Source: an uncultured Pseudomonadota bacterium (lineage in GTDB: Bacteria > BMS3Abin14). From it: 64,000 nucleotides of DNA. The position numbers and the translations under genes are program-made. Shown piece by piece: positions 1 through 9,593 of this stretch. The stretch is from positions 22,170 through 86,169 of the forward strand of contig CAYVSA010000001.1 in assembly GCA_964454175.1 (NCBI GenBank), given 5' to 3'. The notes beneath the pieces are model-generated. The model was not told where the DNA came from. It did no database searches and saw only the letters and a program-made list of their open reading frames with translations. How positions within the stretch are numbered: the stretch's first letter is position 1; every line of letters begins with the position of its first letter.

Positions 1-48
1 TGTTTCCATAATAATGACTCTGGACATTGGACTTTTGGGCTTGTCTGC

Positions 49-1014
49 TTACTCTTTATTTTCAAGATTCTCCAGATAGAGAGTGATCTGGGCCTGGTCT
101 TTCAGGTGCCCGAGCCATTCATTGAAAAACGATTCCTGTCTTGCCTGAAAGATCTTCTGCCTTATCTGCTCGCTCACCTCGTCCAGGGTCTGGGTCCGTG
201 GCCTTATGCGGTGCTCTACCTTGAATATGTGAAACCCGTAGGGTGATTTCACGACGCGACTGACTGAGCCAACACGATATCGGAACACTACTTTATCGAA
301 TTCCTCCGGCATCTGTCCCTTGGCAAACTTCCCAAGGTCCCCGCCCTGCTCCGAATCGGGACTCAGAGAAAAACGTTTTGCCATATCAGCGAAATCCGCG
401 CCTTTTAGTATCTTCGACCTTATAGAGCGCGCTTCTTCCTCAGTAGCCACAACTATCTGCCTGGCTCGCACCATAAGGGGCTGCTGAAACTCTTTTTTAT
501 TTGCCTTATAGTACTCTTCCACGTCCTGGTCGCTCACGTGTATGATGCTGTCGATCTCCTGCTCTATCAGTTTGTCGATAAGCAGCTTTTCGACCCTGTC
601 CTTCTTCCATTCCTCCAGCTGCACGCCGATCCTTTCCAGGGCCTCACTGAGGGTGTCCTTGGGATAATCCTCCTTCAGGAGGTTGATCTCGTGGTTAAGT
701 TCCTCATCCGAAACAGTCAGCATGCGCAGATCCGCCTCCTGCTTGAGCAGCTCGGTCTCGATTATTTTGTTCAAGAAGCTAACCTTGAGTTCTCTTATTG
801 CCTCCGGGCTGCTTCCCGGCAGGTGGATCCGTTTGGTGAAGCGATCATATTTCGCCTGGAAGATCTCCCGGGTAATGGGTTTACCGTTCACTTCCGCGAC
901 AATACCTTCTGTCGGGATCGGCTTTTTTTCTCCAGTGGGTTGCTCCAGGCCGTTGACCCAGATAAAAACGGCGACGGCGATTGCGAATATGATTACTGCA
1001 GCTAATTTTTTCAT
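49..1014 (-). CDS. PpiC/parvulin-type peptidyl-prolyl isomerase (SurA/PrsA-like foldase)
   Basis: N-terminal membrane anchor, SurA_N-like VAEVNGKPIT, rotamase motifs FADMAKRFS..S..GGDLG and VVKSPYGFHIFKV; lies downstream of mfd. Confidence 0.9.
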   Translation of the reverse strand: MKKLAAVIIFAIAVAVFIWVNGLEQPTGEKKPIPTEGIVAEVNGKPITREIFQAKYDRFTKRIHLPGSSPEAIRELKVSFLNKIIETELLKQEADLRMLTVSDEELNHEINLLKEDYPKDTLSEALERIGVQLEEWKKDRVEKLLIDKLIEQEIDSIIHVSDQDVEEYYKANKKEFQQPLMVRARQIVVATEEEARSIRSKILKGADFADMAKRFSLSPDSEQGGDLGKFAKGQMPEEFDKVVFRYRVGSVSRVVKSPYGFHIFKVEHRIRPRTQTLDEVSEQIRQKIFQARQESFFNEWLGHLKDQAQITLYLENLENKE

Positions 1015-1024
1015 GGCAGGATAT

Positions 1025-4000
1025 TTAAGTAACAGATGATTGGAGGGAGCGCAAGATTTCCTTTAGGAATACGACTCTGTCATCAGGAGAGCCCAGATTG
1101 GATACGTCGATCCGTAAGGTCGTCGGAGGAATAAAACTGACCCTTCTATCATTAGACAGCATGTTTACCAGCGCGTCAGGAGACACCCTGGCCTCAGGAT
1201 GAAGCACGATAATGTAATATGGTTCGGCCATGTCGATGTGCTCCACAAGAAGCTGTCTTGCAAGCACTGTTACTTCAGCCTGCTTGAAAAGGGCTCTCAC
1301 CTCAGGGGTAAACCGGCCGAATCGGTCCAGGACCTCTTCCCTCATGGCATCGAGTTCCTCGTCGGAAGAGGATCTGGCAAGTCGTTTGTAGAGAGTCAGC
1401 CGCTCTCCCGCGTCGGGAAGATATTCCTGAGTGAGTAAGGCTGGGAGACCGAGATTCACGGAAGGCTCCACAGCGGGCATGGGCTCATCGCCTGAGGCTT
1501 CACGAACGGCCTGCTCCAGGAGCTGCGAAAACAGGTCAAGCCCCACGGATGCGATCTGGCCTGACTGCTCCTCCCCAAGGAGGTTCCCGGCCCCCCTTAT
1601 TTCCATGTCATAGGAGGCCAGCTTGAAGCCTGAACCCAGTTCCGCCAGATCTTTAAGAACCGAGAGCCTTTCCCGGGCTTTTTTTGTCAGGCTTCCTTCC
1701 TGGGGTATCATGAGATAGCAGTAGGCTCGCAGGCTGGACCGCCCCACCCTTCCCCTGAGCTGGTAAAGCTGAGCCAGGCCGAACCGGTCAGCTCTGTTCA
1801 CAATGAGGGTGTTCACGTTTGGAATATCAAGACCTGATTCGATGATCGCTGTGGTCACGAGAACATCGAATTCGCCCTTTAAAAACAGTACCATTATTTC
1901 TTCCAGTTCCTTTTCGGCCATCTGGCCATGGGCCACCGCGACCCTGGCCTCGGGTACAGTTTTTTTGACCAGATCAGAAAAAGCGTGGATGCTCAGGACC
2001 CTGTTGTGCACCACGTATACTTGTCCTTCGCGACCCATTTCTCTGAGGATGGCGTCCCGCATCAGTTCCTCGTCGAAATACCTGATCTCAGTATGGACGG
2101 CTTTTCTGTCCACAGGAGGTGTGTGGATTAAGGAAAGGTCCCGAAGTCCTGAAAAAGCCTGATAAAGAGTCCTGGGTATAGGTGTTGCCGAGAGGGTCAG
2201 GACATCTACCGTCTTCTTGATCTTTTTAAGCCTTTCCTTGTGGCGGACCCCGAATCTGTGTTCTTCGTCGATGACGAGCAGGCCGAGCTCACTGAACCTG
2301 ACGTCCTCAGACAGGAGCCTGTGTGTTCCGATCACGATATCCACAGTACCCGCGGCGAGTCCCTCCAGTGTTTTTTTCGTTTCGTTTCCCGAAACGAACC
2401 TGCTCATCACGGCTACCCTCACGGGAAAGCGTTCCAGCCTCTCGGTAAAGTTCTGAAAATGCTGCTGAGCAAGTACGGTAGTGGGCACCAGGACAGCGGC
2501 CTGTTTGCCTCCCAGCACGGCCATGAATGAAGCCCGCAGGGCTACCTCGGTTTTGCCGTATCCGACATCTCCACAGACGAGCCTGTCCATGGGCCTTGGC
2601 GACATCATATCTGTGAGGACTTCCGAAATACATTTTTCCTGGTCTGGTGTTTCAGTCCAGGGAAAGGACGCTTCAAACTCCCTGAAGATGGAATCCGGAG
2701 GGTCGAATTTATGCCCCGGCCTGCTTTTTCTGGCTGCGGACAGGCTGATGAGTTCGGTGGCCATGTTTTTCAGAGTTCTTCGTGCGCGTTCTTTGACTTT
2801 TCCCCAAGCTCCGGAGCCGAGCTTGCTGAGGGGCGGCGGTTTTTCTGCGGCGCTTCGATAGCGCTGTACCCTGTTCATGTCCTGCACAGGAACATACAGG
2901 GTGTCGCCTCCGGAAAAGGCCAGGTGAAGGTATTCACCGAACTGTGCGGCCACGTCCATCTGTTTGAGCCCGTCGAAGCGGCAGATCCCGTGCTCAATGT
3001 GAACGACCGTATCACCGGAAGTCAGCGATCCGACCGGAAGGTCCCATTCAGGAGAAGCTGATCTGCCGATCCTCGCCTTTTTGGGTTGCCCGAAAATATC
3101 TGAATCGCTGAGGATGGCGAGCTTGTCATCCTGAAGGACAAAACCGCCGGACAGTTGACCGGGTACAATGCCGAACCCTGTTTTTGGAGGCGCAGCCGAA
3201 AAACTCTCATATCCGGGCGCGTCAATGCCCTGGTCCGTGAGCAGCATGGTGATGCGCTGGGCAGAGGACTTTGATCTTGCGGCGATCAGGGCCCCAAAAC
3301 CGTGTTTTTTTCTGATCATGCGCATAAAATCAAGAACACCCTCAAGCCGTCCGGGACGGGAACCAGGAGCCAGTGGAGGACTGCACCGAACGTGGGTGGA
3401 TCCCCTGGTGCCGGCGAGGCCGGCAAGAATATGCCGCCTGGAGACCAGGTGTGAATAGATCTGGTCTGGGTCTTTGTAGACCTTGCCGAGGTCCGGAAGG
3501 CCTTCCCCTGCTCTTTCGGCGGCAAAAGTGTAGAAATTTTTCATGGCAGAGATGATCTCACCAGGTTCAACCAGCAGCAGCGTGGAATTTTCATTCAAAT
3601 AGTCCGCTGGAGAACTGTGTTTTCCATAGATCGCTGGTAAAAAAAGGTTGATCCCCGGAAAGCCTGATCCGTTATCCCATCCCTCAAGGAAACGCTCCCT
3701 TTCTCTGGATGTTACTTGTACGGCAGACAGGGCCGCAGAAAGTCTTGCCCTCCCTTCAGCCCTCACGTCTGCATTACGGACGATTTCGGAGACTGGAAGA
3801 ATCTGGAATTCGATGAGCGTCCCGGTGCTCCTTTGGAGGTCGGGGTCAAAAGCCCTCAGGGAATGGACCTTGTCCTCCCAGAGTTCGATCCGGCACGGGA
3901 GCTCGTGGGCAGGGGAAAAAATATCCAGGATGCCGCCCCTGACTGCAACCTCCCCTGCCTGTGTTGTCACAGGTACCCTTCTGTATCCCCAGGCAAGGAG

Positions 4001-4426
4001 AGTCCTCAGAAGTTCGTCCCTGTCCAGCACACTGGCCGCACGAACAGTTACGATGGCTGATGTCAGAGTCTCTGGGGGAGGGGCTGGCTGCAGTAGTGCC
4101 AAAGCGGGGATCACGACTGGTCCTGTACCGCGAGAAATGGCCAGAAACGCGCGCATTCTTGCAGAAGCCGTTTCCATGTCCGGCAGCATTCGCTCCATGG
4201 GATTGTTCTCAGTTGCGGGGAGGATCACTACCTCGTGCCCGGACAGGAAAAAGGAAATATCCCCTGCGAGGGCCGCTGCTGAGGCGGCATCGGGGGCAAC
4301 TGCGACGAGCTTGTCAGGTTCGGGTAGTTTTGATACCAGGTAGGCCGCGGCTGATGGGGGCAGGCCTGAAAGACTCACATGCCCAGCTCTGTCCAGGTCC
4401 GTTGCGACCTGTACTGAGAGGGTCAT
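1025..4426 (-). CDS. mfd: Transcription-repair coupling factor
   Basis: UvrB-homology RGGILDIF, CarD-like VVHIEHGI, helicase motifs GDVGYGKT, DEEHRFG and QLRGRVGR, TRCF C-terminus; start placed at ATG 4426, just after the rfaE2 stop. Confidence 0.96.
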   Translation of the reverse strand: MTLSVQVATDLDRAGHVSLSGLPPSAAAYLVSKLPEPDKLVAVAPDAASAAALAGDISFFLSGHEVVILPATENNPMERMLPDMETASARMRAFLAISRGTGPVVIPALALLQPAPPPETLTSAIVTVRAASVLDRDELLRTLLAWGYRRVPVTTQAGEVAVRGGILDIFSPAHELPCRIELWEDKVHSLRAFDPDLQRSTGTLIEFQILPVSEIVRNADVRAEGRARLSAALSAVQVTSRERERFLEGWDNGSGFPGINLFLPAIYGKHSSPADYLNENSTLLLVEPGEIISAMKNFYTFAAERAGEGLPDLGKVYKDPDQIYSHLVSRRHILAGLAGTRGSTHVRCSPPLAPGSRPGRLEGVLDFMRMIRKKHGFGALIAARSKSSAQRITMLLTDQGIDAPGYESFSAAPPKTGFGIVPGQLSGGFVLQDDKLAILSDSDIFGQPKKARIGRSASPEWDLPVGSLTSGDTVVHIEHGICRFDGLKQMDVAAQFGEYLHLAFSGGDTLYVPVQDMNRVQRYRSAAEKPPPLSKLGSGAWGKVKERARRTLKNMATELISLSAARKSRPGHKFDPPDSIFREFEASFPWTETPDQEKCISEVLTDMMSPRPMDRLVCGDVGYGKTEVALRASFMAVLGGKQAAVLVPTTVLAQQHFQNFTERLERFPVRVAVMSRFVSGNETKKTLEGLAAGTVDIVIGTHRLLSEDVRFSELGLLVIDEEHRFGVRHKERLKKIKKTVDVLTLSATPIPRTLYQAFSGLRDLSLIHTPPVDRKAVHTEIRYFDEELMRDAILREMGREGQVYVVHNRVLSIHAFSDLVKKTVPEARVAVAHGQMAEKELEEIMVLFLKGEFDVLVTTAIIESGLDIPNVNTLIVNRADRFGLAQLYQLRGRVGRSSLRAYCYLMIPQEGSLTKKARERLSVLKDLAELGSGFKLASYDMEIRGAGNLLGEEQSGQIASVGLDLFSQLLEQAVREASGDEPMPAVEPSVNLGLPALLTQEYLPDAGERLTLYKRLARSSSDEELDAMREEVLDRFGRFTPEVRALFKQAEVTVLARQLLVEHIDMAEPYYIIVLHPEARVSPDALVNMLSNDRRVSFIPPTTLRIDVSNLGSPDDRVVFLKEILRSLQSSVT

Positions 4427-4427
4427 T

Positions 4428-4910
4428 TTAACTGCTGGATCCTGTGATCCTGTCGATGATGCTGGAGGTGGATTCTCCCAGCCGGAAGGGAAGGGCGAGC
4501 ACTTGGCCTCCGTTTCCCTTAACGAAATCTCCCCCGACGATCTCATCCACTGGCCAGTCTCCGCCCTTGACCAGAATGTGGGGTTTGACTGCCTGGATCA
4601 GAGCAATCGGTGTTTGTTCCGCAAAGGGCACGACGGCGTCTACCCACCTTAACGAGAGAAGGATCTCGACCCTGGCGGCCTGGTTGAGAACAGGCCTTCC
4701 GGGGCCTTTCAGTTCCCTTACAGAATCATCAGAATTCAAGCCAACCACGAGAATATCACCCAGTGCTTTTGCCTGTTTCAGATAGCTGGTGTGGCCGGGA
4801 TGGATCAGGTCAAAGCATCCGTTAGTAAAGACCACGGTCAAATCGTTGGCACGCCAGTGCGCTGCCCTTTCCTTTATGGATTCATGTGTATATTCGGATG
4901 GTTCAACCAT
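4428..4910 (-). CDS. rfaE2: D-glycero-beta-D-manno-heptose 1-phosphate adenylyltransferase
   Basis: VFTNGCFDLIHPGH, GLNSDDSVRELKG..RP, LVKGGDW and STSSII motifs. Confidence 0.93.
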   Translation of the reverse strand: MVEPSEYTHESIKERAAHWRANDLTVVFTNGCFDLIHPGHTSYLKQAKALGDILVVGLNSDDSVRELKGPGRPVLNQAARVEILLSLRWVDAVVPFAEQTPIALIQAVKPHILVKGGDWPVDEIVGGDFVKGNGGQVLALPFRLGESTSSIIDRITGSSS

Positions 4911-5875
4911 CAGGGCATCTGTTCCTTGACCAGAGCCAGCAGTAGGGGGAGGAGGATCTCATGATGGCCCGTGAGGGCAAAACTGCGCCCGCCGTAGGCA
5001 GTGGGCCGACCCAGTACGTTCACGCGGGGTCTGTAATGCTGGATGAAATCCATATTCACGGTAGTAAGGCCCTTGACCGGATGTCCGAGGTTCCGTGCAA
5101 GCGAGAGGGCCTTGAGGAACACCTCAGGCATAATGACAGCCGACCCGAGATTTATGTATACACCATTATCCAGGGCAGCGACCTGACTTGCGAAAAGTAA
5201 AAAATCGGTCATGGATGCCGCGCCGGTGGCTGCTCCGTCACAACTTGGATGCATGTGGATTATGTCCGTGCCGATGGCTACGTGGACCGTAGCTGGTACA
5301 GGGGTTCTGGCAGCCGCAGCAAAAACACTGAGCCCGGAATGCTTCAGCCCGCCCCCTTCTATCATGCTTCCGACCGCATGCCCGATCCCTGTTCCTTCAG
5401 CAGCGGCCTGCGAAATAGCACTGTTGAGCGACACTGCTGTCTGCTCTGCCATCCCGAACTGACCGGACTCAAGACCTGCGCCCACATCCTCGGAAGTTTT
5501 TCCTGAGGCTGCAAGCTCATAGTCGTGAATGATCGCTGCACCGTTGGTGGCAATCCCGGTGAGTATGCCGGTTTCGATTGCATCTGCCAGGAGCGGGCCG
5601 AGTCCGACCTTGATCGGGTGGGCTCCCATGCCGAGAAGGACTCCGCAGCCATTTTTCCTGGCGACTGCTATTGCCTCGGCCGTTTCTTTCAGGTCACTGG
5701 ATGCAAGGATATCCGGCAAGCTGTCAGTAAATTGGGATAATGTTGAGCCGCCCACGAGGGGTTTGCCCAGATCCTCAGCGCTGACTTTGCTTTGCCGTGA
5801 GTGAAGGGAGCAGGTTTTTACCTCACCCGGGATTATGCCTCTTGTCGGGGTGTTGGGATACTTTTTATCAATCAT
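4910..5875 (-). CDS. Deoxyhypusine-synthase-like protein of unknown function
   Basis: GMGAHPIKVGL, ATNGAAIIHD, HVAIGTDIIH and NLGSAVIMPEVFLKA resemble the DHS-like fold; start at ATG 5875 overlaps the gmhA end. Confidence 0.7.
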   Translation of the reverse strand: MIDKKYPNTPTRGIIPGEVKTCSLHSRQSKVSAEDLGKPLVGGSTLSQFTDSLPDILASSDLKETAEAIAVARKNGCGVLLGMGAHPIKVGLGPLLADAIETGILTGIATNGAAIIHDYELAASGKTSEDVGAGLESGQFGMAEQTAVSLNSAISQAAAEGTGIGHAVGSMIEGGGLKHSGLSVFAAAARTPVPATVHVAIGTDIIHMHPSCDGAATGAASMTDFLLFASQVAALDNGVYINLGSAVIMPEVFLKALSLARNLGHPVKGLTTVNMDFIQHYRPRVNVLGRPTAYGGRSFALTGHHEILLPLLLALVKEQMP

Positions 5876-6458
5876 TTTTTCCTGCAAAGACAAGTATCTC
5901 AAGGAGTTCGGCCATGATGTGGAGGACCAGGTGATGGATTTCCTGCACTCTGGGCGTGCTGATCTCGCCGGGTGCCAGATAATAGTCGCACAAATCGGCC
6001 ATAGGGCCTTCCTCGGGACCGCTCATGCCCACTGTCATCAGGGACTGCCTGTTTGCCGCTTCCAGAGCTCTCAGGATGTTGGGCGAGGTCCCGCTTGTGG
6101 ATATGGCGATCAGTGCGTCTCCCTCTTTTCCCACTGCTTCGATCTGCTTGCTGAAGATCAGGTCGTAGGAGTAATCGTTTGAGATGGAGGTTATGACCGA
6201 GGTGTCTGTCGCAAGAGAGATGCAGGGAAGGGGCCGCCGCTCCATGAGAAACCTGTTTACAAGTTCCCCTGCGAAATGCTGTGCGTCAGCCGCGCTGCCG
6301 CCGTTGCCCGCAACAAGGATCTTTCCTCCGCTACCTACTGCTCTTGCCAGGCTTCTGGCAGCCTGCAGGATCTGCTCCGAGGCCCGGTGGCAGTATACTT
6401 CCTGGGCCCGGGCGCTCTCGGCGCCCCTCTGTACAATTATTTCTTCCAGTTTTTTCAT
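5868..6458 (-). CDS. gmhA: Sedoheptulose 7-phosphate isomerase (SIS domain)
   Basis: GNGGSAADAQHFAGEL, SNDYSY, STSG and RVQEIH motifs. Confidence 0.95.
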   Translation of the reverse strand: MKKLEEIIVQRGAESARAQEVYCHRASEQILQAARSLARAVGSGGKILVAGNGGSAADAQHFAGELVNRFLMERRPLPCISLATDTSVITSISNDYSYDLIFSKQIEAVGKEGDALIAISTSGTSPNILRALEAANRQSLMTVGMSGPEEGPMADLCDYYLAPGEISTPRVQEIHHLVLHIMAELLEILVFAGKND

Positions 6459-6500
6459 GGCATGCCGTTTTTATATTATAAAGGGTCCACCCGCGGTAAA

Positions 6501-7145
6501 CTACTCGTTTGCAAGCTGGAATGCCAGACCCTCCAGGTCGATGGCAAAATCAACATTTCTCAGTATCGTTCCTGGCGGTACCTTGAGGGTAGCCGGAGTA
6601 AAGTTAAGTATGCCTTTTATGCCTGCATCAACAAGTTGATGGGCAACCTGGAAGGCGTTTTCCGGGTTTACCGCGATTATTCCTATCCTGATGCCCAACT
6701 CTTCCACAACGCGCCTCATCTTGTCCATGGAAAAGAGGGGGATATCCTTGAATGAACCCATCTCAACGAGTATGGGATCCTGCTCGAATATCGCCGCAAT
6801 TTCAAATCCTCTCTTGGCCAGGGAATCGGTTCCGAGGAGTGCGAATCCCAGGTTTCCTGCTCCCACCAGAGCACAGCTCCAGGATCTGTCTATGCCGAGG
6901 GCCCTCTTGATATCCTCCTGAAGGTTCTCCACGTAGTACCCTACACCCCTGACCCCGAACTCGCCGAAATATGCAAAATCCTTCCTGATCTGAGCCGGGT
7001 TGGTCCCGCATTTTCGGGCAATGTCAGAGGAGGAAATGATCCTCTGTCCCGACTTCTGAACCTCCTCAAGGCACCTGTCGTAAAGGGAGAGGCGCCTTAT
7101 AGTCGCTTCCGGGATCTTAACCCTGCTGACTTTTCTAAATACCAT
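6501..7145 (-). CDS. rex: Redox-sensing transcriptional repressor Rex
   Basis: IPEATIRRLSLY, QIRKDFAYFGEFGVRGVGY, GAGNLG and GILNFTP motifs. Confidence 0.96.
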   Translation of the reverse strand: MVFRKVSRVKIPEATIRRLSLYDRCLEEVQKSGQRIISSSDIARKCGTNPAQIRKDFAYFGEFGVRGVGYYVENLQEDIKRALGIDRSWSCALVGAGNLGFALLGTDSLAKRGFEIAAIFEQDPILVEMGSFKDIPLFSMDKMRRVVEELGIRIGIIAVNPENAFQVAHQLVDAGIKGILNFTPATLKVPPGTILRNVDFAIDLEGLAFQLANE

Positions 7146-8499
7146 TTCTCACCTGCCTTGTAAGTTGCATAGCATTATCCAGGTCACTGCTGACTTTTTC
7201 CAGCACTTTCATAGTATAGCTGTAATTGTGGACCGGCACTCCGGCTTCGACAAAGGAGAGGTCGTTCCTGCTTTCAGACAGAAGCCTGCTGGCTTCATCC
7301 TTTCGATCTGATTGCGCCATGGAGGAGATGCCGGTATCGGCACTGCGAATCCTGGCCCGCACCGCGGCTATGGTTCTTGCCAGTTCATCACTCCAGGAAA
7401 GGAGCAGGTCCCCGCGACCAGTCTCATGGCAAAGTTCGCACCTTTTGCCGTCGGCCCTCATGCCGGGTTTGGCGGAATCGGTGCCGGACCCCTCCCTGGC
7501 GGCAGGTCCGTGACATGCCACGCATTCTACTCCAGCGAGATACATTGGGGATGGTTCGGGCTCTACACCGGATATCCCTTCTCCGCCGTATAGCGACATG
7601 ATGGCCCTGTGCCCGCCGCCATGACAGAGGACGCAGCCGTTTTCAAGAACGACTCTCTGCTCCGGAAGCTGATGGCGTATAACGCTGTGGCATTCGCTGC
7701 ACTCTACCTTGTGATCGGTTACGTGGCGTCTGTGAATGGTCTCGACGGATTCAGATGCTGTGACTTTGCCTGTCCTGCTGTGGCAGTCGGCGCAGTTCTC
7801 GTACAGGACATCGCCGCTTCCCTGGACAATGTCCAGGTGGCAGTAGCGGCAGTCTACTGATCTTTCCATAAAATCGGTGTGATCCAGCTTTCCGCCGGCA
7901 TATTCCACAGGGTTTTCCGGCGGAGTGTGGCAAAGGGTACACGTGGCGGTGGGGGGATTGTTCTCGAACCCTTTGAAATGGCAAATAAAGCAGGCGCTTT
8001 CAGCAACGGTCATGTGATCTCCCATGGCGATATGGGAGTGACACGTGGTACAGCGCAGTATCTTGCCACGGCTTAATTTCTGCATGTGGGGTTTGTGATC
8101 GAAAATAACGCCTTCCTTGTAAACGACCTGACCCTCCAGCAGCCTGCCGGAATGGCATTCTGTCTGCAGGCAGTTAGCGTCCAGGACCTCTGCCCTGGTT
8201 CTTTCGCCATATGTGCGGGTGAAATAGCTGCCGAGCTGCATAAAAGCGCGGAACCTGGGCATCAGGTGGCCGTCCTCATCAGGCCGGGTGTGGCACTGGA
8301 CGCAGGGTACATTGTTGTGAGTCGATCCCTTCCAGTCTTGGTAATAGTGCTTCATGACGTGGCAGGTGTTGCCGCAAAATACCGCGGTTTCAGTCACCTT
8401 CAGAGTTGCCCACGTTGAGAAGAACAGCAGCGCCAGGACAATGAGAAGAACTTCATAGAAGCGAAGCTTCCCGAGAAATTTAACTCCCCTCTCTTTCAT
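7135..8499 (-). CDS. Membrane-anchored multiheme cytochrome c (NapC/NirT-like N-terminus, 10-12 hemes)
   Basis: N-terminal TM helix; 10 CxxCH plus CGNTCH (Cx3CH) and CLQTECH (Cx4CH); helical C-terminus. Confidence 0.9.
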   Translation of the reverse strand: MKERGVKFLGKLRFYEVLLIVLALLFFSTWATLKVTETAVFCGNTCHVMKHYYQDWKGSTHNNVPCVQCHTRPDEDGHLMPRFRAFMQLGSYFTRTYGERTRAEVLDANCLQTECHSGRLLEGQVVYKEGVIFDHKPHMQKLSRGKILRCTTCHSHIAMGDHMTVAESACFICHFKGFENNPPTATCTLCHTPPENPVEYAGGKLDHTDFMERSVDCRYCHLDIVQGSGDVLYENCADCHSRTGKVTASESVETIHRRHVTDHKVECSECHSVIRHQLPEQRVVLENGCVLCHGGGHRAIMSLYGGEGISGVEPEPSPMYLAGVECVACHGPAAREGSGTDSAKPGMRADGKRCELCHETGRGDLLLSWSDELARTIAAVRARIRSADTGISSMAQSDRKDEASRLLSESRNDLSFVEAGVPVHNYSYTMKVLEKVSSDLDNAMQLTRQVRNGI

Positions 8500-8703
8500 G
8501 ACTGCCCTCTGACCGGGTCTTTACAGGCTGGAATCTCGCTGTATAACAGGCCCGGTAAAGTCGAGATTGTGAATAACCCGACAGTTTGAGAAGATTAGCA
8601 CAGGTCACCTTTGGTGTCAATTAACATGCGGGTTTCACTAACATCGTGCCAGCAATATTAACCCCATACAGGCAAAGTTTAAGATACATCTGGGTACAAG
8701 TCC

Positions 8704-9573
8704 TCATCGGATCTCCATGAGGGCAGAGTAGATGATAAAGAGGACCATGGTCAGCCCGAGACCATAGGCCGCAAAACCTGCGATCCGTGACCAGATAACG
8801 GTGGTTCGGGTTGGCGGATCTGTTGTCAGATCTTCCAGTTTGCCCGCTTCAACAAGCCTTCTGTACTCTGCGGGTCTTTCGTGGACCAGTTCTTCCTCGG
8901 TTATCCTGCCCGTGAAGATGACATTGTCCAGGGGGAACTTCTCGGGGCGAAGGTGGGTATTGAAAAAATGTACCGTGAATATGAAGCCTGCCGCCAGCAG
9001 TGCCTCATCGGAATGCAATATAATAGAGACGTTAAAAGCCCAGCCAGGAAGGAACTTTGAGAAGAACTCCGGGAACCATAGAGTCAGCCCTGAAAAACCG
9101 ATTATCCCGACACCCCAGAAGACAGCGAGGTAGTCAAATTTCTCCCAGTATGTGAACCTGTCAAAATCAGGCCTGCTGCCCTTGCCGAGGAACCACCTGA
9201 AATGCCCGATGATATCTTCAAGATCTTTTTTCCAGGGCATCATGGAATTAGGCCCTGTCAGGAAGGCAAAGAAGGGCTCCTCCCGAAGGCAGACAATATA
9301 ATAGGCTGCCCATGCGAGGTGCAGCGTGAAGTAAACGAATGTAATGAAGCCGCAGACGCGGTGGATATAACCTGCAGTCTGGATGCCGCCCAGAAAAAGC
9401 GCAAAGGTCCTGGCCCAGGCAGCCTCACTGTACTTTAAGGGCATGCCGGTCAGGACCAGACCCATGAAACTGATGATTATCAGGGCGTGCAGAAATCGGT
9501 GGTAGTATTGGAACCGGAGGTAGTAAATGGGGTTTTTCTCCCCGTTCCGGAGGTCGTTTGCATAATTTATCAT
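8704..9573 (-). CDS. Membrane di-heme cytochrome b (FdnI/HydC-like; resembles the b domain of CbcL)
   Basis: HRFLHAL..LTGMPLKY, IHRVCG, RFTYWEKFDYLAVFWG and HSDEALLAAGFIFTVHFF; several TM helices with His ligands. Confidence 0.88.
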   Translation of the reverse strand: MINYANDLRNGEKNPIYYLRFQYYHRFLHALIIISFMGLVLTGMPLKYSEAAWARTFALFLGGIQTAGYIHRVCGFITFVYFTLHLAWAAYYIVCLREEPFFAFLTGPNSMMPWKKDLEDIIGHFRWFLGKGSRPDFDRFTYWEKFDYLAVFWGVGIIGFSGLTLWFPEFFSKFLPGWAFNVSIILHSDEALLAAGFIFTVHFFNTHLRPEKFPLDNVIFTGRITEEELVHERPAEYRRLVEAGKLEDLTTDPPTRTTVIWSRIAGFAAYGLGLTMVLFIIYSALMEIR

Positions 9574-9593
9574 TTCGTCCTCCCGCCTGTATT

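Noticed and set aside
1-27. Possible start of the next minus-strand gene (ATG at 27)
   Set aside because: Only nine codons are visible, too few to assign
4427-4546. N-terminal extension of the mfd ORF given in the track (start 4546)
   Set aside because: It overlaps rfaE2 by about 120 nt; ATG 4426 directly after the rfaE2 stop is more plausible
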